Shown here: in pieces, positions 40,598 through 57,880 of the stretch
Layout of the letters: every line of letters begins with the position of its first letter
How positions within the stretch are numbered: the stretch's first letter is position 1
Assembly (NCBI GenBank): GCA_012295275.1
Contig: CM022676.1
Coordinates: forward strand, 9,362,001 to 9,426,000
Reading direction: 5' to 3'
Length of the DNA: 64,000 bases
From: Chrysomallon squamiferum
Lineage: Eukaryota; Animalia; Mollusca
Position numbers and translations under genes: made by a program
The notes under the pieces: model-generated
The model's database searches: none
Seen by the model: only the letters and a program-made list of their open reading frames with translations
Told to the model about the DNA's origin: nothing

Positions 40598-41990
40598 ATG
40601 TCTGTTAAGTTATTCCACACATACATTACCAGCCAGTAAAAAAACGTATCATTTATCTAAAAACTAAAAACTACAATATTTAAAAATAATTCAAATAAAT
40701 AGAAATTAAAAAAAATATATGGCTGCATTTTCTCTATTTATTCTATCTCCTCACAACTACAACATATCAACCTGACTGCACCGTGACTACATCATCGGCT
40801 TTGCAGCATCATCTTTCACCATGTGACATGATGAGGTTTTCACTTTTATTGTTGTTCTGCTAAGTACCTGTAACCCTATTATGTCCCCAGACAGATTTGA
40901 ACCAGGGTCGTGTAATGTTTTGACAGACAGACAGACAACAACTCCACATTACACCGATGAAAACAAAAAGTGATAGGTTTTAAAGGTCGGAGGTCGTATT
41001 GTTGAAGTGACACCTGTCACATGTCACTCTGTATTTTGTTTCAAGATTTTTTTTTTTTTAAAATGGAGAGGTGAGGATTTTTTTTTTTTTTTTTTGTTTT
41101 TAAATATTGATTTTTTTTTTTTTTTTTTTTGAAAATTAAAATTAAAAAAAAAAAAAATAATGTGTTTTTTAAAAAAAAAAAATAATACAATATAAAATAT
41201 ATATAAATGAAAAAGAATTTTAATGACGTCAATTTAATAATGATATTTTTAAAAAAAAATTTTTAAAAAAAAAAAAAAAAAATATTTTACTACAAAACCA
41301 TTTCAATAATAATTAAAAAATAAATAAAAATAATAATAATAATAAAAATAAAAAAATAAAAAAAAAATTATTCTTTCTATTTTACAACACACCTAAGACA
41401 TCAAATAAAACAACAGCCAGTAACATACACAAACATATCACCCAGCCATGAATATACAACATATTTACTTATCAATTCCACACAAGCTTTTTAAAAAAAT
41501 ATTTTTAAAATCTTTTCGGAGCTAATCCTCAATAAAACATATCGGTTTTGATAAAGGATTATCAGAAAGACTCACAACTTGATGATAAATCCATTATAGA
41601 CTTTGACAATCCTAGGTGACTGGGTGACTGTGGGTTGTAAAGGAATGATAACTGTGTGTTTGACATTTTTGATGAGGTGGTGTACACAGAAATGCTAACT
41701 CTGAGGTGAACAGTTTTGACTTTATAAAACTGATAAAATTCAAAAACTCAAGTGCTGGTTTTTTTTTCATGGGTGGTTGCTGTGAGTGTAATGGACTTTG
41801 TGTATTCGTGGGGTGTGTGTGTACAAAATACCTATGAGGTGTTTTTTTGTTGTCTAAGAGGTTTATTAGTTAGTTTTTTTTATTGGAAGTAATTTTGAAG
41901 TTGTTATTTGTTTGTTTGTTTGTTTGTTTGTGTGTGTGTGTGTGTGTTTGTTTATTTATGTATTATTATTATTAAAATTATCATTGTTAC

Positions 41991-42028
<38 letters not shown>

Positions 42029-42820
42029 AATTTTTAATTTCTTTATTTATTTATTTATTTATTATTAATGTTACCTTTTAATTTATTTTTATTTATTTAA
42101 TTTCTATTATTTATTTAAATTATTATTGTTAATGTTATTATTATTATTATTATTATAACCTTTAATTTCTATTATTTATTTATTTATTATTATTCTTATT
42201 TTAATTTATTGTTTATTTTTACTATTTATTTACTATTATTATTAAAACTTTTAATTTATTATTATTATTTTTATTATTTTATTATTATTATTATTATTAT
42301 TATTATCTAATCTTTAATTTCAAAAATTATTTATTTACTTAGTTACTTATTTAACAAACTCACTTCCGCATTCATTATCTTTTAAAAAAAAGTTATAATT
42401 AAGTAATTAGAATAATCACTGAAGCATGAAGATTCGCTAGATCAGTTCTTCCTAGTAACACACTGATGATATATTTATATCCCGTTCCAAAAACAGCTCT
42501 CACTGACCTACAATCTCCTCAATCATCTCAAACAGCAGTCTGAACGAGAAAGAACAAAAAGAATTTCAAGTGATTCCTAAGAAACATTTTTCTGTCACAC
42601 TTCTCTGTTTACCAACAGTGAGGTAGAAAGGACAGGTAAAACATCCTTTCTGAAAAGCTCGTTAAAGGTAAAAGGACAGGTGTAAAAAAGAGAAATTTGA
42701 GAAATTGCTGACAACACTTTGACAAAGGTCATTAGAGTGTAGAGGTGTCAGTTTTCTTTTTCTTTTCTTTTTTCTTGCTTGGTTTTCTATTATGTGTGTA
42801 TGTATGTGTGAGTGAGTGTG

Positions 42821-42851
<31 letters not shown>

Positions 42852-43012
42852 ATATATATATGTATGTGTGTGTATGTATGTATGTATGTATGTATATGTA
42901 TGTATGAGTGTGTGTATGTATATATATCTGTATCTATATATCTATTCATCCATACATCCATTTCTCTATCTACTATCTATCTATCTATCTATATCTATAT
43001 ATATATATATAT

Positions 43013-43044
<32 letters not shown>

Positions 43045-43157
43045 GCACACACATACATGCATATATATGTGGATGATGGATGGATGTATATATATATATG
43101 TATAAATAAATACATACATTATATAAATCCATCCATCCAATCCCATCCATACATATC

Positions 43158-43605
43158 AAACATACACACATCCAGACATACATCTATACATACATACATG
43201 TGTGTCCAGACATACATCTATACATACATACATACAAACATACACACATCCAGACATACATCTATACATACATACATACAAACATACACACATCCAGACA
43301 TACATCTATACATACATACATACAAACATACACACATATATAGATGGTCTATACATACATACATACAAACATACACACATCCAGACATACATCTATATAT
43401 ATATATATACAAACATACACACATCCAGACATACATCTAAACAACATACATATATATCATTCATATATAATACAATACAAACATACACACATCCATACAT
43501 ACATCTATACATACATACATACAAACATACACACATCCAGACATACATCTATACATACATACATACAAACATACACACATCCAGACATACATCTAAACAT
43601 ACATA
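43158..43605. repeat. About 44-bp minisatellite built on a (CATA)n background
   Basis: AACATACACACATCCAGACATACATCTATACATACATACATACA repeated about 9-10 times with variants. Confidence 0.85.
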
Positions 43606-45184
43606 CAGATAAAATATTATTATCTTGATATAGTGGGGAAAAAAACCGAAAAGAAACCTGAACAAAACTTTTCTGAACTTCTAATTGATACACCAAACAG
43701 ACACACACACACAAATAATAACTACAACCACTGCGCACACTGCACACACACACACACATCGGAGGTCTCTTACAGCAGCTACGTCAGTTTTGGAAGTCAA
43801 TGTTCGGACAATACTGACCGGCCGTGGTGGTCACTGTGTCCACAACAACAACAACTGACTGACCGAACGTGTCTGCAGAAACTGGTCAGTCATTAGTGAG
43901 ACAGAGACAACAAAACATTCTGTGTCCAGCTTCTGTCTGCCAGGATAATGAGGCAGAGAGAGGGACGGTCAAGCTGGAGTGGCCAGTGGTCAGTGGTCAC
44001 TCTCGGACAGACAGCAAACATCATTAGGCCTGAATGTGCATGTGACACCTGGGTTTTCAGCATTCAGGGTGGAAAATGCATGTTTGTATGTAAACTCTGT
44101 TAAATAAAGACCTGCCTGTCTGTTTGTCTGTGTGTGTCTCTGTGTCCATTTTTGATAGGTGTCTCTGGTTACTTTTTTTTTAACCAATTATAACACCCAC
44201 CTACCATGTTGAAAGAGTCTAGTGGTTAGAGTACTGTCACTTTTACATTCCTTACCTGTCGGCCATCTTGAAATAAATGTTGTTTTATCTTTTTTTAATA
44301 ATAAATTTGGATAAAATGAAATATTTGAAGAACGTTTTTGTATTTTTTTTTTATTTCAGTAAAGATGTCTTTAAAATGTGAATTTTAAAATTTGTGTTTA
44401 AAAATATCTTTAAAAATAATAATAAAACTTCTCAAATTCTTTTAGATATTAGTGTAAATATTTAAAAATTCTAATAAAAGTTTAATTTAATTAATAACAA
44501 AACTTTTGAAATTTAAAAAAAAATAAAAAATATTCAATAAAAATCATAATTTAATAAAATCCTTTAATATAATTTAAATTTTTACAATTTCAAATCAAAT
44601 TTTGATTTAATTAATAAAATACTTTAATACAATTCGACTATAAAAAAAATCGCAATAAAATATTAACTCGACTTCCAAAAATTTAAAATAATTTTCACAT
44701 CAATTTAAAGACCAAAACTGACATATACGACTAAATAACCCACACAGTCAGTGTTTATCATAATAAGCTGAACTGTTTGATAAACAAGTATTAAAATAGA
44801 CACATATGTGATATATTGATAAGAAAATGGCTCGGAGTATAAAGAGTGTACACAGAGAACATTTCTATTTTCAGACAGGAGAGTTCGGTGTTATTACAGT
44901 TATCTGTCTTGTTTCTAAAGATGGCTTCCGTTTGTTTCTTCAAAAGATTTGACAGTTGTGTACACACACACACATACATACATATATTTACTCATATATA
45001 TAGATACTCATAAAAACATAAATGTACAAACGTATACACACATAAACATGCACAGACAGACAGACAGACACAGAAATCTGAATGCATGCATACATACATA
45101 TACACACACATATATAGAGATATGTACATATAAAGACACAGACACACACATTTACATACAAACCAACATACCATGCAAACAGAT

Positions 45185-45282
45185 ACACATACACACACAC
45201 ACAGAAACACACACATTACATACAAACACACACATATACAAACACACACACATACACACACAAACACACACACACACACAAA

Positions 45283-45322
<40 letters not shown>

Positions 45323-45906
45323 AACACAAACACACACACACACAAACACAAACACAAACACACAAACACACACACACACACAAACACAAACACACACACA
45401 CACACAAACAAACCAACATATCATGCAAACAGACACACACACACACAAACACACACAAAAACACACTGAAACATAATTTAAAATTTCAACAGAAACTGAT
45501 GGGTTACCAAGGTGTATTTCACAATTCAGTTCTTTGATGCTTTTCTTCAATGTTTTCAATTCCACTTAAAACCCAGCTTTATCAAACGATGCAGTAACCA
45601 CTTTGCTGTGTAAGGGAAGGTTCAAATTAAAACATCCTTTCAAGCTAACTGATAAAAGCAAGCATTTCATAAAAAAAATATATTTTATTTTTTATTTTAT
45701 TTTTATCTTTTCTCACATCTTTACATAACTCAAAATTTCAAAATGACTTCTCAACTCTCTAAGCTGGGAGTGTAAAACTAATCTCTAACAGACAGGAGAG
45801 TTCCGATCTCATCAAAGTTCACAGTTCTCTCTCTGATAGGTCTCCAGTGCATTGCTGCCATATCACACTGGGGTAAATTCCTCCCTAAAATCTGGTGAGT
45901 CCATCT

Positions 45907-45998
<92 letters not shown>

Positions 45999-46015
45999 TC
46001 TCTCTCTCTCTCTCA
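45185..46015. repeat. (CA)n and (CT)n microsatellites
   Basis: About 45185-45465 and 45910-46015. Confidence 0.9.
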
Positions 46016-46374
46016 TTACTGTTAATTTTAATTTGATGTTTCTCATCTGAAAGTGCTTCCTGTCCCCTTAACACACTGGGAGTTACCCCCCCCCCTCTGC
46101 ACCTGTCTGATGTGAAGCAGACGTCAAAATCAGCAGATGACAAACACAGCAGCAGCAACAGACATCAGGGAAAAAGCAGACGCAAAAGTAGTGAACTTGA
46201 ACAAACATAAACTTTTTTTTTTTTTTTTTTTAATTTAAAGTTGTTGTTTTTTCGGATTGTAATTTAATTGTTTTGTTATTAAAAGATAGTGTAAAGATCC
46301 AGTAGTTTGGAATAAAGATTTGTTGTTTTTGTATATATAAATATATTATACAGAAGAGAGAGAGAGTGAGAAAG

Positions 46375-46430
<56 letters not shown>

Positions 46431-46481
46431 TTTTTTTGATAAGGCAGCAGTATTTATTTATTTATTTATTTATTTATTTGC

Positions 46482-46528
<47 letters not shown>

Positions 46529-47286
46529 CTTATTTATTTATTTGTTCATTTATTTATTTATTTATTAACCACACTGATATCTTTTAAGTTTAAAAACAAT
46601 GCTTATATAATTAAATTGAAAATGTTCTTTTTAAAAATTGAGGGTAAAAGAATGATTAAATGTTACAGCAACCCTTGCCTCAAACGTCCCCCCTTCTTTC
46701 GACCCCCCCAAACATCTCTCTCCCTCCCCACCGTACCACCTCCACGTCTGCAATCTGTGAATCTTCACGCTCCAGTTGTTTCCCCACCCCAGTGATTCAC
46801 ACAGAAAAGCAGCAATGAAATTAAAGTATCACCTGCTGCAACCATTTTTTTTATTTTTTATTTTTTTGAACTTTTTTTAATTTTTTTTAAAAACTTTTTC
46901 TGCTGGAGTAGTGCAAAAATTATATTTATCACCATGGTAACGCGTAATAAGTAAAATAAAAAATAAAATCAGAGAAGTTTTATTGTTTATGAATCGCACA
47001 GTTGCTAGCTAAAAGTGTAATGATGACTGTTTGTTTTTCTCTTCTGCTTCTTGTAACTTCAGTGTTTCTTACTGAGACAAGACTGTTCTTTAGAAATCTA
47101 CTGAGTTCTAAGTAATTTTCTTAATAGATGGATGGATGAATGTACAGACGTATGTATGTATGTATGTATGTGTGTGTGTGTGTGTGTGGATATATATATA
47201 TATGTATGTGTGTGTGTGTGTGTATATATATAAATATATATATGTATGTATGTATGTATTTATGTATGTATGTAGATGCATGTATT

Positions 47287-47317
<31 letters not shown>

Positions 47318-48017
47318 GTATCTATGTATGTATGCATGTATGTATGTATGTATGTATGTATGTATATATGTATGTATGTATATGATGTATGTATGTATGT
47401 ATGTATGTATGTATATATGTATGTATATGTATGTATGTATGTATATGATGTATGTATATATGTATGTGTGTGAACTTTTTTTTAAACATCATCATGAATA
47501 TAAACAACAACTATTTCTGTTTTTTCTTTTTTCTTTATTTTTATTTTTATTTTTATTTTTTCTTAGTACACAAACTCAGTGGGTGTCACGTATCTACAAA
47601 TCATAAAACAGCAGAAGTTTTTTTTCACTTGTTTTACTATAAAAAAAAAATGTAAAAGAAAAAATTAATAATTTTAAAAATAGGAAGAAGTTGCAAAACA
47701 CTATAATGTTTTCCTAATCAACATTTTTTTTTTTTTTTTTTATTTAATATTTGTTTACCTAGAATATTATAAAGCAAACTATTTATAAACATTATTTTTT
47801 AACTTTCTTCTTATTTGTAAAGAAGATCTAAAAGATATATTTTTTTTTTAAATCTATCCACATATTATCAATATTTTTTATTTTATATAAAAGTTGAAAA
47901 TTACATATATATATAAAAATCTTTAACAACAACACAAAATAACTGATAACATTAAAATACAGGACTTTTTAAAAATAAATTTTATTATTTTTATCTCAAT
48001 GATGAAGATTATTAAAT

Positions 48018-48057
<40 letters not shown>

Positions 48058-48629
48058 TCTAAGTAACAAATAATAACTAAAAACATGGAGATTTTTGTGG
48101 ATTTTTTTTCTCTCTCTCTTATCAGTAAGGAAAAGGCTTGAATTTCTCTGATGCAGAAGATAAAGATAGTGAAAATGTTGCCACTTAAATACAATCACTT
48201 AAAAAGGGTTAAAAACGGCAGTGATATGGTTGTGGATTTTATTCAGAAGAGGTGGGGTGGTGGGTGTGTTTTTGCGTCGGGGGTGGGGGTAGGCAGGTCT
48301 GAAGCAAAATGGGAATTAATATACTCAGTGTGTGTGTCTGTGTGTGTCTTTGTGGATGTCTGTATGTGTATCTGTATGTATGTGTGTATGTGTATTTATG
48401 TGTGAAAGTGTATATGTATGTGTATGTGTGTGGGTATGTATGAGTGTGAGTGGGTGTATGTGTATCTGTATGTATGTGTGTATATGTGTAAATGTGAGTG
48501 TATTTGTGTGTTGTGTTCATAAACAAGTACATAAACATCAACACCTACATTTTAACATTAATATATATATAAGTGTGTGTTTCAGTATATGTGCTGTTTG
48601 TATATGTGCCTGTGTGTGTATTTGTGTGA

Positions 48630-48921
48630 ATGTGTATACCTGTCTATGTGTATATCTGTGTGTATTTGTATATATGTGTGTATGTGTGTACCTATTTGTC
48701 TGTGTTTTTTTGTTTTCCTCCGTGATCAGATGTATGTGTATTTGGGTTACATGTGTTTCCAGTATACCTGTATATAAATATAAATGTGTAATTTGTATAT
48801 ATGTGTATGTGTAAGTGTATTTGTGTATACATGTGTGTGTGTATACCTGTCTAAGTGTATATCTGTGTGTATGTGTGTTCCTATGTGTCTGTGTTTTTTT
48901 GTTTTTCTCTGTGATCAGATT
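48630..48921. repeat. Local diverged duplication
   Basis: GTGTATACCTGTCTA ... GTCTGTGTTTTTTTGTTTT ... GTGATCAGAT occurs twice, about 190-200 bp apart. Confidence 0.7.
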
Positions 48922-49020
48922 GTCATATTCATTTATTTATTTATTATTTTATCTTTCCAACAACCTGAGATGTAAATTTGTGTGTCATTATAATAAACAA
49001 CATCTGTCCCCGGATCTCAC

Positions 49021-50660
<1,640 letters not shown>

Positions 50661-51692
50661 TGTGTATGCATGTATGTGTGTATAACCTTATTGATGTATC
50701 TCTGTAACAGTACAAATGTTTCCAACTGTGTCTGATATGGTACAACCTTATTCAATAATGTGATATAACTTTTTTTTAGATATCCCAGTTTATGATATAA
50801 CCATAAAGTGTGTTTGTGTTTGAGTTGTGCATAATACATGTCACCATTGCTGAATTCAAATATACCATAAAAATCTGGAGAGCAATAAATATTAAAATAG
50901 AAGACAGAAGAAAAAAAAAAAAAAACAAAAATTAAAAAAAACAAAAATTAAAATTAAAATTGATAAAAAAAAAACAAAACAATAAATGATAAAAAAAAAA
51001 TACCAAAAAGAAAAAAATACAAAAAAAAGAATAAATATATAAAAACAGAAAAAGAAGATAAAGAAAAAGAAAAAAAAAGAAAAGAAAAAGAAGAAAAAAG
51101 AAATAGAAAAAGATTTTAAAAAATAAATAAAGAAAAAAAGGAAAAGAAAAAAAAAAAATACAGAAAATAAAATTCTTAAAAAGCAGAAACAAAAAAACAA
51201 AAGAAAAATAAAAATAAAGAAAGAAAGAAAAAAAAAGAAAAAAATGAAAGAAAAAGAAAAGACAAAAAGTAGACTGGTTCCACTGGTCTTATCACCAGTT
51301 GCAGTGATCAAGCAGAGGAACACTGATAGCGCACAGTGCGGGACTGGAGTGCAACTTCAAAATGGCCGACGTTAAAAGAAATCAGAAAACTTGAGATAAC
51401 GAAAAACTGGGGAGTCTCCTCCTACTGTTTTCACATCAAAACACATCCTCTGGGGGTGTTGGAGGGATGGGGGGTGAAAGGAATGAGAGACAAAGCAGAC
51501 AGATAAAGGGGAGGCATTTAGGAGCAGAAAAATAAAAAAAAAATTAAAAAAAATTAAAAAGGGTGAAGAAAGTGTGTGGTTGTGTTTTGTTTGAATGTGA
51601 ATCTTTTTTTTTTTTTTTTTTTTTTCTTTTAAATAAAACAGAATGAAGAAAAGTAATTCAGAATGTAAATTTGAATTTAAATGTAGTTTTGT

Positions 51693-51729
<37 letters not shown>

Positions 51730-51810
51730 CACACACACACACAAACAGATAATCTTACATTACAATCTGACATACATACATACATACATAATCTTACATT
51801 ACATAATCAG

Positions 51811-51858
<48 letters not shown>

Positions 51859-52555
51859 AAATATATATACTTATATATACATTCATAGATACATACAAAT
51901 ACATATATATATATATATCATACACACATATACATACATATAAAGATGTCATATATATATATATATACATTTATAAATATAAAGACATCTTTATATGTTT
52001 CTGTATATATATATATATCTGATTATGTGTATGTGTTTCTGTGTATATATACATATATACATTTATAAATATACATATGCATCTGTCTAATTTATATATA
52101 TATATATATCCATGGATGAAATAAAATAAACATACATGGATGGATATGTTTCTGTATATTTTATATATCTCTGAAATTAAAAAACACTGTGTATGTAATT
52201 CTGTTTAGATGCATGTGTATCTGTGTGTGTAAATGTAAATATCATTCCCTTCTTCCATCTGTCTATCCACTGATTCAGACTGGCTCTAACAATAAGGTGA
52301 AGTGCAGCACCACAAACAATGAAAACAAAAAAATAAATAACCTTTATTAGTTTTCTCACCTTTATTACCTGTCATTTCTACCTGTCTGTACTAATTAAAT
52401 ATTTTTTTTTCATTTAATATTAGATAAAAAAACAAAACAAAATAGTAATAGAATACAGAAAAAATAATATGTATATATATATATATATATAGGTATGTAT
52501 GTATGTATGTATGTATGCATGTATGTATGTATGTATGTATGTATGTATATGTATA

Positions 52556-52608
<53 letters not shown>

Positions 52609-52615
52609 CATGTAC

Positions 52616-52646
<31 letters not shown>

Positions 52647-53619
52647 ATATATAACACAAAAAAAAACCACATAAATTAAATATTTGTCTTTTAATAATTT
52701 TTTTTTTTTTTTTTTTTTTGAAGAGAAAAAACAGACAATAAAATGAACAAAAAAATAAAATGTAAAAAAAAATAAAATAAAAAAAATAAAAATATAATAA
52801 AATAAAGAAAATAAGGATTAAATATTTCTCATTTAATAAAAAAAAAAAAAAAAAAAAAAAAAAAAGAAAGTAGAGAAATAAGCTCAAGCAAACAGGACAC
52901 AAAATTCAAAAATATTAAAATTTTAAAAATTGAAAAAAATATATATATAAAAGGAAGAAAAGAAGACTGTGGGGTCCATATCACTGATATGAAACACAAT
53001 AGAGCTGGCACGATGCCAACTGTTACCTTTATAACACACCTGAGATTTTGAACGAGGCCCAGTTAAGGCTAACATCGTTATTATTCATTATAACAAAATT
53101 TCTCTCTTACTTTGTTTTCTTTTTCTTTCTTTCTTTTAAATTTCTTTTTAAAGAAAATTGTTTCTAATTACTTTTATCAAATCATATCTAAATTAAATTC
53201 ATGCTGTAAAAATTATTATTTGTTATTAACTATTCTGAAATAGGAAAAGAGGCCTGATTAAGGTATACCAGACATGTAATCACTGTGAATATAAAATATT
53301 ATCAAGGTTCATGACAGTCTTTAGATTAAGTTCTGGTAATGTTTCTGCTGGTCATTCGCTCCATAAAGTTCCAGGATCAATCCTCCAAGAGAGATCTGTT
53401 TTTTAAATTAACATTATACATCTACCACAAGCACTTTTTATACACACACACACGCACACACACATACACACATTAAGTATGTATGTGTGTATGTATACAA
53501 CATGCATAAATTTAAAAAAAAGAAAAAACAGAATGAATTCACTGTATCCTGTTATTTACAAAATAGAGTGATGTAATACGAAACCTGTGCAAGAAATAGT
53601 AACAAAAAGCCATTGAAAG

Positions 53620-53659
<40 letters not shown>

Positions 53660-54101
53660 TTCATTCAACAAAGAATAGATGTTCTCTTGTTGTTTGTCAA
53701 GTTTTATTTTGTTTCTGTTTTGTATTGTACGCTTTCAAAAACTGTCAAGGAGAAGATAATAACATTTTTGTTGTTTTTGTCCTTCAGAAAACTTTTAGGA
53801 TTAATGTATTGTATTTCATTGTATTATAAGCACAGGTTTTGTATCACTTAAAAAAAAAAAAAAAAAAAAAAGATTTATTGTATAACATTTCATTTTATGT
53901 ATTTATAACTGTTCCACATTGTTTTTGTTTTTGAATGATATATTGTGTTTTTGTGTGTTATAACATTGTGTTTTTGTGTGTTATAACTGTCAAACAGTGA
54001 ATTACATTGTGTTACATTGTGTAAGAAAATACTTTTTATTACAGACTTGAGATATGTGTTTTATTCTGCTCAAGTTAAAATATGATACAAAAACTATTCA
54101 G

Positions 54102-54139
<38 letters not shown>

Positions 54140-54526
54140 ATGAAACTAATAAATAAATAAATAAATAAATAAATCTTCAATAACAACAGCTTGTTTGTTA
54201 TTTTTTAAAATGAAAACTCTTTCTCAAATTAGTCTTTTAAGATCTAAACCAGTAAGTAACTTATATTAAGAGAAATATTATATATATAGAATAAAATGAA
54301 AACTCACTGAAAAATTGAGAAAGAAAAAACCACCCTATATACTTTAGATGAAATGAAAATAAATAAATAAATAAATAAAATATAATAATAATAATAATAA
54401 ATATCTTAGGTACAAATGTTTAAGTGTATGTCTATACATCTGTGTGTTTGTTTATTTCTACATATTGACTGATATAACACACACACACACACACATATAT
54501 ATGTTTATATATGATATAGATGTAAA

Positions 54527-54563
<37 letters not shown>

Positions 54564-55219
54564 ATATATATATATGTGTGTGTGTGTGTGTGCATATATA
54601 TATATGTGTGTGTGTGTGTATATATATATGTGTGTGTGTATATATATATATATTATTTACAAAGTTCAAATGCTCTGAAACATGTAACAGGTAAGTTTCC
54701 TCAACAACAAAAAATGTTCCTTCTTAACTGAAGAGCTACAGTAAGTACACAGCCATAGGCCGGAATATTCTGAACGTGCTAGTGGTCAAGTGTTTGTGTT
54801 TCTGAGTGGTCACTGTGTTGTCCACTGAGCTGGCTACTTGTTGGCTCAAAGAAGAAGGTGTCTGAGTTTGTAGTAGCCATAGAAATGTTTACAAAGATCA
54901 CATTTACTTTATTAATGGCAGGTTTCGTAAACATGCCACCCTGGAGTGAGATTAGTGACCGGTTTTTTTTTTTTACAATTCCAACCACTGCTCAATAAAG
55001 AGGATTAGGTTTATGTGTGAAGTATTGTTTATGAGTATAATATTTAAATATATTTTATTTTTTATTTTTTTTTTTTTTACTTCTGAATTCAGTAAAAACA
55101 GGACATTCGAAATGGATGGTGCAATACATTTTTGTCCATTCCAGCTAGTGAATTTATCAAAAAAAAAAATTAAAAAATGTTTTAAAAATAATAATCTGGT
55201 TTGTCATAACTTTGTTGTA

Positions 55220-55303
<84 letters not shown>

Positions 55304-55681
55304 CACATACAAATACATGTATATATATACACACAATTGTTTCAGTAGATTCCATTTAATTATTAAAGATATATTTGATATGAACAAGACCAAATGCTAT
55401 GTAAAACCATTTTTTCCATTCTAACCACTGTTCCAAAAATGGCAGATCAAAGATAACCAAGATCCATTTTATAGAGAGTGTTTATATGTATTTGAATTTA
55501 ATTTATTTTTTTTTTTTTTTTTTTGTTTTTTTTTTACTTCTAATTTCATCCTGAAAGGAACAAACAAATGGATCTTTTTTTTTTCCTTTCTAAATGGCTA
55601 TGGAAATTTTATTCATTCCAAAAACTGTTCATTTATTTATAAGCCATAAAATATTTATAAATATTTTAAAATTTATAACTT

Positions 55682-55740
<59 letters not shown>

Positions 55741-55756
55741 AATCCACTATATTTTC

Positions 55757-55893
55757 TCTTTCAAACTAGTAGTCCATCTCTGGTTTAGCAGGAAGCCATA
55801 TTTATCCTTTTTTCGTGTTTATGAGTAGGCATATATATATAAATAACTTCACTGATGAGAGTAGACCACAACAAGTAGCAGTGGAATCCTTTT
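55757..55893 (+). mobile_element. Diverged dispersed repeat, copy 2
   Basis: Same ordered blocks as 38533-38664, in the same orientation. Confidence 0.6.
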
Positions 55894-57296
55894 TTTCTGT
55901 CCCCCTCCCTTCGGTTAAATTTGTCAGCTTTGTAAATATTACATACATTCTCTGCAGGAGATGGCTGACAGGTATCAAACTGTGAATCCATACTGTCCAC
56001 AATCTGACTACATCCCGATTTGTTACAGAAAGTAATAGAGTTACGTCCCCCTGGGAGAAGCAATTGTTGACGTTTTTCATTTCTGACACAATGACTGGTC
56101 CCCATGGAACTGATGACCAGTTGTCAGAGTTATGGTGTTAGGATTAAAAATAAAACTTGGCTGTTATCTCCTAAATGTCACTGTGGAAATTAAAGGGAAT
56201 CACTTCTCTGACAAATATTTATGGTGTTTGTGATAGAAACTAATAGATTTGTTTCCAGTTATCTTAATAGAAAGTGACAAATGTTTTTGTTTAGACTTTG
56301 AGCTGTTTGTTTGTGTTAGTTAATTGTGATGAAAACAAATTGTTAAATAAATTGTTATCAGAGGAACTGGATATTGGATATTAAACAAGTGTAAAAAAAA
56401 AAATGTGTTTTGATACATTTTTGTCCTATTTATCTGTCCTGTGTCTCTGTCTGTCTGTCTGTCTCACTGTCTGTCCCTCTATTCCTTTCTCTCTCTCTGT
56501 TCTCTGTTTCTCTAAATCTTACTGCGTCTTTTTTGTTCTGTCTTTCTGTTTCATTGCTCTCACCGTCCCTCTTTCTCTCTCTCTGTCTCTCTCTCTTTCT
56601 CTGTGTTTCAGTTGTGTTTCAAATGTGTGTTTCAGTTTTCTTGTGAGATATTTCAAAATACGAATTAATTATAAAATGTATGTTAATTCACTGACAAAAG
56701 ATAAATAAACTTCTATTCAACGAATGAAAGTAGCCATTTTGTTTCTTCTTAAATTTGATTTCCTATTTTTTCTTCTTCTTAATTTTTAATTCCTGTTTTT
56801 CTTCTTCTTTGTTATTGATATCTTTTTTTTTTTTTTTTTTTTTTTTTTTTCGGTTCTGCCAGATATTTTTTCAACTGGACACACCTGTATCCAGTGTTCT
56901 TCATGGGTTCGGTCAAGTGCGACAATAAATATTTTGAATATTGTTTGGGGTCACAGTGTGATAACTGTATTTTAATCATGGCTTGATGGGAAAATAATTT
57001 AAAAATTGTTTCAGAGATCAAAAACCAACTTCATTCTTCTTTGTGTTTTAGAATTGTTTAGTCGCAAGAAGAAAATAATAACAAAATGAAACAGGGTTTG
57101 AAAATGTTTTTTTTTTTTAAAACACAAACTGATGATGTGGAAAATAAATTATATTTTAAATGATTAATTGTTGATTTTATAAAAGGTAAATAGAAATGAA
57201 ATAAAGTTATTATTATTATTATTATTATTATTGGAAATTTTTTAATAATTAAATGGGGTACATTGTTATTAATAATAAAAGCATTATTATTATTAT

Positions 57297-57356
<60 letters not shown>

Positions 57357-57864
57357 CAGTAGTAGCATTTGTAAATTATTCGAATTATCAAAATAAACCA
57401 GTCAAATGTTTACATTAAAAAAATAATCATTTAAAAAGAAACACATTTTACTGTTGTTATCATTAAAACACCCCCCACACCCAAACACCCCCCACACACA
57501 CTGATTTATATTAAAATAATCATTGAAAATAGTAAATAAAGGTTATAAAACATTTTATTAACAAAATTCTTCACTTCTTGCGAGTTACATTATGCACTGT
57601 GAAAACAGCGACAGCAACAACAACATCAATTAAGAAAGGAAAGATACATATATATATATATATATATACATATACATACAATCAGTCTATGATCTGGCTT
57701 TTTTTCAATGCAATCTGTTTATTAAAACATTAACCCACAACACCTGAAACTTGACCCCATTGTTTACATCAAACAGGATCAGGTGTAAAGTTAATCAATA
57801 CACCTGAGATATTAACCAATCTGACACTTCCTAGCTGTCTCGGGGGAGGGGGAGGGGGAAAGAG

Positions 57865-57880
57865 CAATGCATCATGGGAA
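57865..57880 (-). promoter_or_regulatory. Staf/ZNF143-like site
   Basis: Minus strand TTCCCATGATGCATTG, adjacent to GGGGGAGGGGG tracts and a CCAAT box (about 57817). Confidence 0.35.

Noticed and set aside
44217-44275. tRNA A-box-like GTCTAGTGGTTAGAG, and minus-strand ATGGCCGACAG|GTAAGG mini first exon
   Set aside because: There is no B-box or cloverleaf. The ATG context is equally a YY1-type AAGATGGC motif seen elsewhere in the window, and it is too short to support either call.
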